Below are positions 24,856 to 34,600 of a stretch of DNA of 36,502 nucleotides, in pieces. The number at the start of each line of letters is the position of its first letter. The first letter of the stretch is position 1. Source of the DNA: a virus (taxonomy: Duplodnaviria > Caudoviricetes); the IMG/VR virus record IMGVR_UViG_3300020319_000007, positions 1 through 36,502 of that record; one strand, written 5' to 3'. A program made the position numbers and the translations under genes. The notes beneath the pieces are model-generated. The model searched no databases. It was not told where the DNA came from and saw only the letters and a program-made list of their open reading frames with translations.

Positions 24856-24912
24856 ATATTGCAAAATGAAAAATTCTGTGCTAGAATTTAGAAAAAATTT
24901 TCCTGGTAAAAA

Positions 24913-25230
24913 ATGACTGAAAAACCCGAGCTAGAAAAAGACGCATATGGTGATATTATAGAACCACCGCTAGAAAATGACTATGGAAGCAATGTTGACG
25001 CACTTGTAGATAGTATGCCCGTTGCACCTCCTACGACACATGATGTAAATACTGTACATAATGAATTACTCAATGATCCTCATTATGCTGTCCACCTACA
25101 CGAGAGACAATTAGAAAGACTCACTACCTTTGTAGAGGAACTTGCAAAACGTCTCATTGCATTAGAAGAACACATACATGGTAAAGACCCCAATCCAGGT
25201 TTAGAAGATTACCCAGAGGTAACACAATGA
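24913..25230 (+). CDS. Hypothetical acidic protein with coiled coil, 105 aa
   Basis: ORF track; ATGA-coupled to the next ORF. Confidence 0.75.
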   Translation: MTEKPELEKDAYGDIIEPPLENDYGSNVDALVDSMPVAPPTTHDVNTVHNELLNDPHYAVHLHERQLERLTTFVEELAKRLIALEEHIHGKDPNPGLEDYPEVTQ

Positions 25231-25493
25231 ACGAAAGAAATCACTACGAAAAGATCTTAGATAACTTTGATCAATTCTGCGATGAATTTGAGTTCGCAGC
25301 AGCAAAAAGATTCTCAGGACAAGATGATGATAGTAGACAACCAATTGACAATGCAGAAATTCAACGACAAACTCCAAGAACTGTCAGAGAAATTAACCAC
25401 GATGGAGAAGAAGTTAACCTCCTTACAGAAGATGCAATTGATGTATCGTCCACCGAACATGGAGGAACACGAAACAATATCCAAGACTCTTGA
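25227..25493 (+). CDS. Hypothetical cyanophage protein, 88 aa
   Basis: GAGGT SD; ATGA overlap; 'LDNFDQFCDEFEFAAAKRF'. Confidence 0.7.
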   Translation: MNERNHYEKILDNFDQFCDEFEFAAAKRFSGQDDDSRQPIDNAEIQRQTPRTVREINHDGEEVNLLTEDAIDVSSTEHGGTRNNIQDS

Positions 25494-25560
25494 TAGATTA
25501 CATAATGACATGTCATTTATCAGAAGTAAAGGAATACCATCACCAGAGGATATAGGATAA
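25324..25560 (+). CDS. Hypothetical coiled-coil protein overlapping the previous gene in another frame
   Basis: AGGA upstream of ATG 25324; heptads 'LQELSEKLTTMEKKLTSL'; 'LMYRPP'; TAATG coupling to PAAR. Start uncertain. Confidence 0.65.
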   Translation: MMIVDNQLTMQKFNDKLQELSEKLTTMEKKLTSLQKMQLMYRPPNMEEHETISKTLDRLHNDMSFIRSKGIPSPEDIG

Positions 25561-25877
25561 TGCCAAATGTTGCATACAAAGGATCAGAATGTTTAACAGG
25601 TCATGGATGTGATACCACTGTTAAAATTAATAGTGGTAGTGGTGATGTGATTATTGCTGGAAATAAGAATGTAGCAAGAAAAAAAGATTTATTAGAAGAT
25701 CATTTGATTACGAATCCTGCTGCAATACCTCCATGTATTGACCACTTAGGGCAAAAGGTTAACGAGGGATCTGCAAGTGTTATCGTGAATGGAGAACCAA
25801 TTGCAAGAGTTGGTGATTCTGTTGACATTGGTGGACAAATTACAGAAGGTGAATCATCTGTAGTTGCAGGTGGTTGA
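25560..25877 (+). CDS. PAAR-repeat spike tip protein (T4 gp5.4-like)
   Basis: 'GHGC', 'VARKKD', 'GSASVIVNGEPIARVGDSV..GG.I..G.S.V..G'; His/Cys metal ligands. Confidence 0.9.
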   Translation: MPNVAYKGSECLTGHGCDTTVKINSGSGDVIIAGNKNVARKKDLLEDHLITNPAAIPPCIDHLGQKVNEGSASVIVNGEPIARVGDSVDIGGQITEGESSVVAGG

Positions 25878-25892
25878 GTTTTATGATATAAT
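25864..25892 (+). promoter_or_regulatory. sigma70-like promoter inside the late block
   Basis: TTGCAG 25864-25869, 17 nt, TATAAT 25887-25892 with extended TG. Confidence 0.6.
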
Positions 25893-25912
25893 ATAGATAA
25901 CCGAAATTAATT

Positions 25913-26050
25913 ATGGCATTATACAGTAGTACTAATAATCTAGTTGCAGCACAACCGAAGAAGACTAGACAAGGCAAATCACAAAATACGAAGCTTAGTG
26001 CGACAGCACGTAATGGGCGTAAGAAGAAGTACAGAGGTCAGGGTAGATAA
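25913..26050 (+). CDS. Small highly basic protein, 45 aa (…PKKTRQG…KKKYRGQGR)
   Basis: Read by hand; no acidic residues; own promoter. Confidence 0.8.
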   Translation: MALYSSTNNLVAAQPKKTRQGKSQNTKLSATARNGRKKKYRGQGR

Positions 26051-26083
26051 AAAAGGGCGTGATCTCCGAGCGAAGACTCCGAA

Positions 26084-26371
26084 ATGACTTATCAAGCATT
26101 ACCGAATGAATTACATATAAAGGATAGTCCTATATCTGGCCAAGGTATCTTCGCTAAAGAAGATATTGATGCTATGATGTTTATTGGTGTGTCTCATATA
26201 ATAATGAATGATATTATATGGAGAACCCCTATAGGAGGGTTTATAAACCATTCTGACGACCCCAATTGTATAAAGTGGTGTGAAGATAATATTTACTATG
26301 TGAAGACGATAAGAGAGATAAAGAAGGGAGAAGAGTTGTTTTTGAAGTACACATTTTATAAAGTAACTTAA
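26084..26371 (+). CDS. Minimal SET-domain protein (putative lysine methyltransferase)
   Basis: 'SPISGQGIFAKEDI', 'FINHSDDPNC' and 'REIKKGEELFLKY' are the SET motifs GxG, NHS and EEL..Y. Confidence 0.9.
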   Translation: MTYQALPNELHIKDSPISGQGIFAKEDIDAMMFIGVSHIIMNDIIWRTPIGGFINHSDDPNCIKWCEDNIYYVKTIREIKKGEELFLKYTFYKVT

Positions 26372-26377
26372 AAGTCG

Positions 26378-26384
26378 CTAAATA
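26378..26384 (+). promoter_or_regulatory. T4-type late promoter (CTAAATA)
   Basis: 25 nt upstream of the gp25 ATG. Confidence 0.6.
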
Positions 26385-26409
26385 TAACTGACTTCGTATA
26401 TTGTCGGTA

Positions 26410-26802
26410 ATGGCGACTAGTTTATCCTTTAAGGATCTCAATATAACTTTTAAAAAGCATCCTGTAACTAATGACGTTGTTGTTAGTCGGGATGCTTCTG
26501 CTATTAAACAGGCAATTGTTAATTTACTTCTAACTAATAAAGGTGAGAAGTTAATGAATCCTAAGTATGGTTCTGATATAAGAAGTTATCTGTTTGAACC
26601 TCTGGACTATGGTACTGCTGCTAGAGTTAGAGAAAGTATTACTTATTGTATAACTAATTTTGAACCAAGAGTAAATGTTGGAGAGGTTCAAGTATTTCCA
26701 GATTATGATGAAAATGGATTTGCTGTTGAAATGACTTATCAAATAAGAGGAACAGACGATCCACCAATAGCCGTAGAATTCTTCCTTGCAAGGACGAGAT
26801 AA
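26410..26802 (+). CDS. gp25: Baseplate wedge subunit gp25
   Basis: 'FKDLNITFKKHPVTND...AIKQAIVNLLLTNKGEK..NP.YGS.I...LFE...I...EPRV'; ATG 26410. Confidence 0.93.
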   Translation: MATSLSFKDLNITFKKHPVTNDVVVSRDASAIKQAIVNLLLTNKGEKLMNPKYGSDIRSYLFEPLDYGTAARVRESITYCITNFEPRVNVGEVQVFPDYDENGFAVEMTYQIRGTDDPPIAVEFFLARTR

Positions 26803-28607
26803 TGCCATATACCCAAATAAACAACCTAGACTTTGCTGATGTTAAAGTAGCTCTCAAAGAGTATATGAGAGCACAGACGGATTTCACTGATTACGATTTT
26901 GAAGGATCCGCAATTAGTCAAATTCTAGATGTACTAGCATATAATACTTACTATACCGCATTCAATACCAATATGGTAGTGAATGAATTGTTCCTAGACT
27001 CCGCAACTCTACGGGACAATGTGGTATCTCTTGCGAAACAACTAGGATACACTCCCAAATCTATTACAGCACCCAAAGCTTCTGTTAATATAACACTGTC
27101 ATTTAGTGGTAGTGCACCTGCGGAAGTATCAATAAAAAGCGGTAGTGGGTTTGTTACAAATTACGATGGTAGTCTATATCGTTACATACTGAAAGAAGAT
27201 ATGAAAGTATCTGTTGTAAACAGTGTAGCAACATTTACAGATATACCAATATACGAAGGATCTCAAATTGTTACTAATGTAGTAATTAACACTAGTTTAA
27301 AGGATCAAAGATTTATTATTGATAACTCAGGTGTTGATATTAATACATTAGGTGTAAGAGTTTTTCAAGCAGCAAACTCAAGTGTATTCACCGATTATAA
27401 GGTAGCAAATAATATTTTAGATATTGGTGCTAGTGATGAAGTATATTTTATAAGTGAGATTGAGGACGAGAAGTATGAAATATTCTTTGGTGATGGTGTA
27501 CTTGGAAAAAAACTAGAAAATAATAATGTAGTTCAAATGAGTTACATTGTAACAAATGGAACTGCTACTAATGGTGCAAAGACTTTTACCTTTAATGGTC
27601 TTATGGAAGATGAGAATGGTACTACTGTAACTCTTCCATTTTCAATAACATCTACAAGCACATCATCAGCAGCATCTGGTGGTGCAGACATTGAAACGAT
27701 TGATAAGATCAAGTACAATGCTCCTAAGTTCTACGGATCGCAAAACAGAGCAGTTACTGGTAATGATTATAAAGCGATTGTGCGGAACTTATATCCTGCA
27801 ACAGGTGATGTTATCGTATTTGGTGGTGAAGATCAAGTGCCACCCGCATATGGTAAGGTATTTCTTTCCGTCAAACCCACTGAGGCTGCTGCACTCTCAT
27901 CATTTACTAAAAATGAGTTAACAACTGAACTTAAGAAGTATACAGTTGCGTCTATTAGACCTGAGTTTGTTGATCCTTCTATTCTATACTTAGAATTGAC
28001 TAGTAGCATATACTACACTGGTACTAAGACACAATTACTACCTACGGAAATAGCAACTAAGGCATCTACTGCAATAGTTGAGTATCTAAAGACATCTCAG
28101 ACTGAGAAGTTTAATGGTAAGTTTAGATATAGTAAGTTTATTGGTGTGATTGACAATTCAGATGTTTCCATCAACTCAAATGATACTACTGTCATGATGA
28201 GAAAGGATTTTATAGCACAGATTAATGCATCTTCTTATTATGAGATATGTTATCAAAATGCATTCTATGTTGATTGTAACAATCCTGTAGTATCATCTAC
28301 AGGTTTCACAGTCTTTGAGTTTCCAACCTATACCTCGTATCTAGAAGATAGAAATGGAAAAATAGTGCTATATAGACTAGATCCTGTAAGTGGCGATAAG
28401 ATTTTATTGGATGATTCAGTAGGAACTATTGATTATGTAAAAGGTGAAATAGAAATGACCAATTTCACTATCTTAAAGGGAACTTTCTCTGACAATCGTA
28501 TTGAGTTAAGAGTTAAACCCGCAAATAAAGATATTGAAGTTAAACGTGAGATGTATCTAGATGTAGATGTATCAAAAAGTAAATTTGTAGCATATAAAGA
28601 AGAGTAG
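26802..28607 (+). CDS. gp6: Baseplate wedge subunit gp6
   Basis: 'LDFADVK..LK.Y...Q..FTDYDFEGS....ILDVLAYNTYY...E.FLDSA..R..VVS.AK.LGY.P.S', 'FGDGVLGK', 'GGAD.E....IK..AP.....QNRAVT..DY'. Confidence 0.95.
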   Translation: MPYTQINNLDFADVKVALKEYMRAQTDFTDYDFEGSAISQILDVLAYNTYYTAFNTNMVVNELFLDSATLRDNVVSLAKQLGYTPKSITAPKASVNITLSFSGSAPAEVSIKSGSGFVTNYDGSLYRYILKEDMKVSVVNSVATFTDIPIYEGSQIVTNVVINTSLKDQRFIIDNSGVDINTLGVRVFQAANSSVFTDYKVANNILDIGASDEVYFISEIEDEKYEIFFGDGVLGKKLENNNVVQMSYIVTNGTATNGAKTFTFNGLMEDENGTTVTLPFSITSTSTSSAASGGADIETIDKIKYNAPKFYGSQNRAVTGNDYKAIVRNLYPATGDVIVFGGEDQVPPAYGKVFLSVKPTEAAALSSFTKNELTTELKKYTVASIRPEFVDPSILYLELTSSIYYTGTKTQLLPTEIATKASTAIVEYLKTSQTEKFNGKFRYSKFIGVIDNSDVSINSNDTTVMMRKDFIAQINASSYYEICYQNAFYVDCNNPVVSSTGFTVFEFPTYTSYLEDRNGKIVLYRLDPVSGDKILLDDSVGTIDYVKGEIEMTNFTILKGTFSDNRIELRVKPANKDIEVKREMYLDVDVSKSKFVAYKEE

Positions 28608-28609
28608 GA

Positions 28610-31600
28610 ATGCCTAAGACTGCTAATAGAATCTCGTTTCTAATTGATTCTCAACTTCCTGATTTTATCAACGAAGAGTATGAACTGTTTGGAAAGTTCA
28701 TACAGAAATACTATGAGCAGTTAGAAATTCAAGGGCAACCATACGACATTATTGAGAATCTTCAAACTTATAAAGACATTGACTTTTATGAACAACAAAT
28801 ACTTAGACAACACGATACTCTTAATGCTGCTATCACTACTTCTAGCGACACAATTCTATTACAAGATGCAACGAGTTTTCCAAAACAAGGTGGATACGTA
28901 AAGATTGATGATGAGATAATTTTTTATGCAACTAGAACTGATACTACATTACAGAACTGTTCTAGAGGTGTTAGTGGTAATACAACATTAGGAGATCTTT
29001 ATAATACAAGTACATTTGTTACAACCCAAGCATCCAGTCATACCAATGGATCTAAGGTACAAAATATTAGTAATCTTTTCTTGTATGCATTAATTAAAAG
29101 TTTTGAGAGTGAGTACCTACATGACTTCCCTGAAGCATACCTGAACGATGCTGTTGATAAAAGAGCTCTTATTAAGAATATAAGCTCATTCTATCAGTCA
29201 AAAGGAACTGATAAGTCAGTCAAATTTTTATTCAAATGTCTAGTTAAAGATGATCCTGAACCAGAAGTTGCATATCCACGTGACTTTACTCTTAAAAGTT
29301 CTGAATCTAACTGGGTTAACAACTATTCTTTAAAAGTTAAGGTATTATCTGGTACAGTAACTGATCTTATTGGTAAAACAATTTCTCAGACAACGCCGTT
29401 TGCATCTGCTATTGTTGATAATGTACGTTTTAATGGTACATATGATGGTGAAGATCTATATGAGATCATACTTAACGAAGCAAGTGTAAATGGACAGTTT
29501 TCCACAGCTGCAAGAACTAAATTAACAGAGTCTATTCTTGTTGGTGATACTGTAGGTGATAGAGTGGATGTAGAATCCACAATGGGGTGGGATAAGAAAG
29601 GTGAATTTACTATTGGTAGTGAGAAGTTTACATTTGAAGATAAGAATGTTAATCAGTTTGTTATAAAGAGTAGAGAAGGCACTACAACGTATCCTATAGG
29701 CACTTCTGTGACTTATGGTGCAAATGTATCTGGATCAAATGTAACATTACTAGTCTATGGTGTCTTATATAATGCGACTAATGAGACAAACTCTCCGTAC
29801 TCAAATGCAGGTGATATACTTGAGATATCTGAGCCAGGTTTTATAACAAATGATATAAAGATCTTTGATGCACAGAACAATCTTCGCTGGGCGTTGCCTG
29901 GTGCTTCTCCACTGATTAGTGACTTAAACACCAATGTATCAGCCATCTATGAGGATGGTGAAGGTTATTACATAGCTTCTTCGGGTTTTCCTTCACATGC
30001 AGTGGGCACAGCAGGTCAGCCAGCTGGTGTAAAAGATCAGAAGCAATTAAAAATTATTAGAAAAACACCTATTTCTACAACTGAGGTTTATGAAACTAAG
30101 TTTAGAGATGTAGGTATTGCAACAAATGGTATTCCATTTACAAGTTACAAAGATTCTGATGTTGTATTTAATGGTGCTCTTCAAACCATTGCTGTTAATC
30201 TTCGTGGTAATGGATATCTTAATGCTCCATATGTATTAGTTGATGGCGTATCTGGTAAAGCAACATCATCACTGTCTGGTCAAGTATTACAATCAATAAC
30301 AATTACTGATGCTGGTGCATATACTTCTATTCCTACTGTTGAAGTATTATCTGGTAGAAATGGAACTGCTACTGCTGTAGTAACAAATGGTGTTATCACT
30401 AGTATTACTGTTACTAATGCAGGTGAGTATTACTCTACTCCTCCTGAAGTTAGAATTACAGATAATTCAGGAAAAGGTAGATTTGCAGATTACGTGGCTG
30501 ATATATCAAGCACTGGTACTATAACTGGATTTACAAAAATCAATGGTGGTGACTTCTATACACAAGCGAATGTTGTAGTTGACTTGATTCCTGTTGGTTC
30601 TGGTGCAACTGCAACTGCAACTATTAAAGAATGGAGAAAAGACAAGTATTTTATAAACAAGACTAATTTAGATTCTGAGAATGGATATTGGTTCCAGAAC
30701 TATGATTCTGCTAAAGGATATGGATATGCTTACTATGCATCTCCTACTACATTAAGAACTAATGACACAGGAGGATCTCATTCTCCTATTCTAGGGTTTG
30801 CTTATGATGGTAACCCCATATATGGTGCTTATGGTTATGGAGATGCACTAGACGCTTCTAGTGCTATTACACAAATGAGTCCTAGTTATTTTAGAAACTC
30901 TACTAGAGTAGGACCTAGCACAACAACATATCCTCTAGGAACATTTATTGATGATTATACATTTACTGATGGTTCTGGATTGTTAGATAAGAACAATGGT
31001 AGGTTCTGTGTTACACCTGAGTATCCTGAAGGGACTTATGCATACTTTATTACAGTTGATGGTAATGGTGATCCATTATTCCCATACATTGTAGGTAAAT
31101 GTTATTATTCTTTACCCTTAGACTCTAACTATAATTCTGCAATGACTCAGGATGATTTACCAGTTGGTGCAAATAGACTAAGAACATCTGGTATATCTAA
31201 GAATGGTGTACAAGCAGTAGCAAAAATTGAAGATGTAACAAGAGGAACTGTATCATCTGCTACAATTGTAAGTAGTGGATCTAATTTTTCTGTTGGTAGT
31301 GGATTAGTAATAGATGATAGTGGTACAGAAGGATCTGGTGCTACAGGTGAGATAGAATCTGTTAAAGGAAAAACAGTATCATCACTTGAATCTCAAACCA
31401 CTAAAGCATTATATGTTGTTCTTACTAATAACAGTTATCTTTTTGATGGAGATACTATTACTCAAGCAAACACTGGTGCTACAGGTAAAATAGTTGGTAA
31501 CGTGTTTACTGCTAAGAACTTTGCACTACGTGCAGTAACAGGGACATTTAATAGTACAGACGTACTATCATCTAATACTAAAGTAATTAATTTAATTCTT

Positions 31601-34600
31601 GATAATCAATCATCATATACCAAAGGTGCTACTTTAACATTTAGTGATGGTATAGCAGCATCAGTAGCAACAGGTGAAGTTCTAGAAACAACAATAGATC
31701 AAAATAATGTCAAGGTAAAAGTTTTGACAGGAACTTTTAGTGTTTCTACAACTTTATTCCTAACAAGTTCTAATTTAATTAATACAACAGGTTCAAAGAT
31801 TGTTTCTTTATCATCTCTAAGTGATAATCTTTCTATTTTTACATTACAAGACAATGTAGCACTATTAACTACATCTTCTACACATGGCGTTGGTATTAAT
31901 GAAGAAATAAATGTTGATGTCAATCCCGATGATGCATCATCTACAACAACTTATTATGTGAGAAAAAGAGTTTATCAAGAAGCAATCCTTAAAACTTCAG
32001 TCATAGCAACTACTCTTAACGATAATAGTATTGGTAGTTTTAGTATAGTAAATGGTGGTGGAGATTATACTGCTAATTCATACACTGGTATTGCATTGTC
32101 TGGTGGTGCAGGTTCTGGTGCAAAAGCAACTATAGTTGTTTCTAGTGCTAAGGTTGTTAGTAGTGTTATATTGACTGATAAAGGAACTGGATATAATAGA
32201 GGTGATATTCTTACAGTTGGAGCGACTGATTTAGGTAAAGCAAACCCTTCAACTAAACCAGATCTTAAAGTACGTGTTGATCATGCAGGATTTGCATCAG
32301 AGAACAATATATTAAATGTTACTAATTCTGATAATATTACAGTTAACGATTTCTTACAAATTGGCAGCGAGATTGTAAAAGTTACTGCTAAAAATAGTAA
32401 TGCTTTGACTGTATCAAGAGCACAAAATTCTACTACAGCTGTTGATCATTTTAATGGTGCTACTATTTCTGTATATAATTTTGGATATAATATTCCTGTT
32501 AATCATCCTGTAGGAAATACTGTTAACGATGCTAAAGTTTTGTCATATGATTCATCTACTCAGAAAGCAGTATTTGTATGGGATTATGATCAAACAATAT
32601 CATCAATTAATCAGATAACTTTATCAACAGTTTTTTATGATACTAGTTCTGATACAAAATTAATACAAATACAATCTATTACTAGTCCAGATGTTTATTT
32701 TGAATTTTCATCAGATAATACTACATTTGTGAGAAATCAAATTATTGATATTAAAGAATACTATAAGTATAAGTTTGATACATCTCATGTATCAATGAGT
32801 GGTGTTGGTTTTGATATATCTCCAAGTAGAAATTTTAATCTTGTTACACCAGAGAAAACTGTAGCAACTAACAATTCATTTGTTGATCTTAAATTAGGTT
32901 TTGGATCAAGAGTATCTACAAACACTTATAGTAAGAAACAACCAATAGTTTACACAAAATATTATTACTATGATAGAGACGGAGTAGTCAACTCTGAAAT
33001 GTCTTACTTCAATGTTATTAGTGATCCTTTACAAGGAACTAAAAATTCATTGTATGTTACAAATACACAGATTCTTTATTCTACTGAGACTCAAGCGTCT
33101 CATGATGGGACAGGTGCTATATCTTATACATCTAAATCTTTATTTTCTGTTGGTGAAATAAATTCAATTAAAATTACAAATATAGGTGGAGATTATAAAA
33201 AAATACCTATTGTAACTGGTATCATTGATAATGATGGTAGTGTTGATACTAATGTAAGTTGTTTTCTAAACAGCACAGATATTGGTGTACCTAGAAGTAT
33301 AAAGATTCATAATAATGGTGGATCATATCATAGTGATCAAACAATAAAATCTAGTATTAGATCAAACTATACATTTACTTTATCTAATTTTATTACTGAT
33401 GGATTTAATGTTGGAGAATATATTGTACAAAAGTCAGGATCAACTGAGGTAGCTAGAGCAAGAGTAACTTCATGGAGAGAAGGATCTAATATACTTAATG
33501 TATCAAATGTTACAGGAATATTCAGAGAGAATCAACAAATCATTGGATTAGCAGGTGGTAAGACTGCAACTCTTGATAGTATCAATTATACAGAGTTTAC
33601 TCCTATTATTAAGACTTACTTTGATAATATTGGAAAGTTTACTTCTGATGTTGGTAAGTTGAGTGATCAGAATCAAAGGATTCATGATTCATATTATTAT
33701 CAAGATTTTTCATATTTAATTAAATCAAAGACTCCAATGGATTCTTGGAGATCTTTAATTAAAGAAACAACTCATCCAGCTGGTTTTAAAATGTTTGGTG
33801 AGGTTGATGTAGAATCTGCTGCTACAACACCAATGAGTAGTAGTACAGTTACTACACATAATAGTTTTGTAGAACTTAAAACAAATATTACTGTACAAAG
33901 TACAACTAAACAAATTACTCAGCATTTAGTATCAGCACAGACAACTACTATTGAAGATGGTGTAGGTTCTGTTGCAAAAGATGCTACTAATACAACTGAG
34001 ATTAAAGCAACTCAAATCAAATTGAGTGCTGCTTTTGATGGTTCGTTGTCAAATAATGGTAATCTTTCAGGAACTAAGACTTTTGGTATCCTTGATATGA
34101 ACAACAACGCTGTAACCCCATATAATGCACAAGCATTAATGATCACTCTTGATGGTATATTCCAAGAACCTGGTGTTGCATATACTGTGTCTGGTAGTAA
34201 TATAACATTTGCACAACCACCTTTAGGACCAGTAACTAAGAATAGTCAAGCAGTACCTGGCGTTAAGTTCTATGGAAAGAATTATCAATTTAAGAATGAT
34301 ACACTAAATGCCAAATATTTTAGAAAGATAAGAAATATATTCCAAAAGAGTGGTAGATGGATTGATGCTGCTAATCAAATTGAACGTAATAGAGTATACT
34401 TACAGTCAGAAACACTTGGATGGGCAAAAAATAAGTTCCCAAATTTAACATGGGGTAAGATAGAAACTAAGTGTTATAGAGATATTGGACTTGTTGCAGA
34501 TGCCATAGCAAATGATATAAGATTTGGTGGCAACTACTACACTGTCACTGCCATTGAGAAGTACTTTAACAACGATATATTAGATTATATCATAGGAGAA

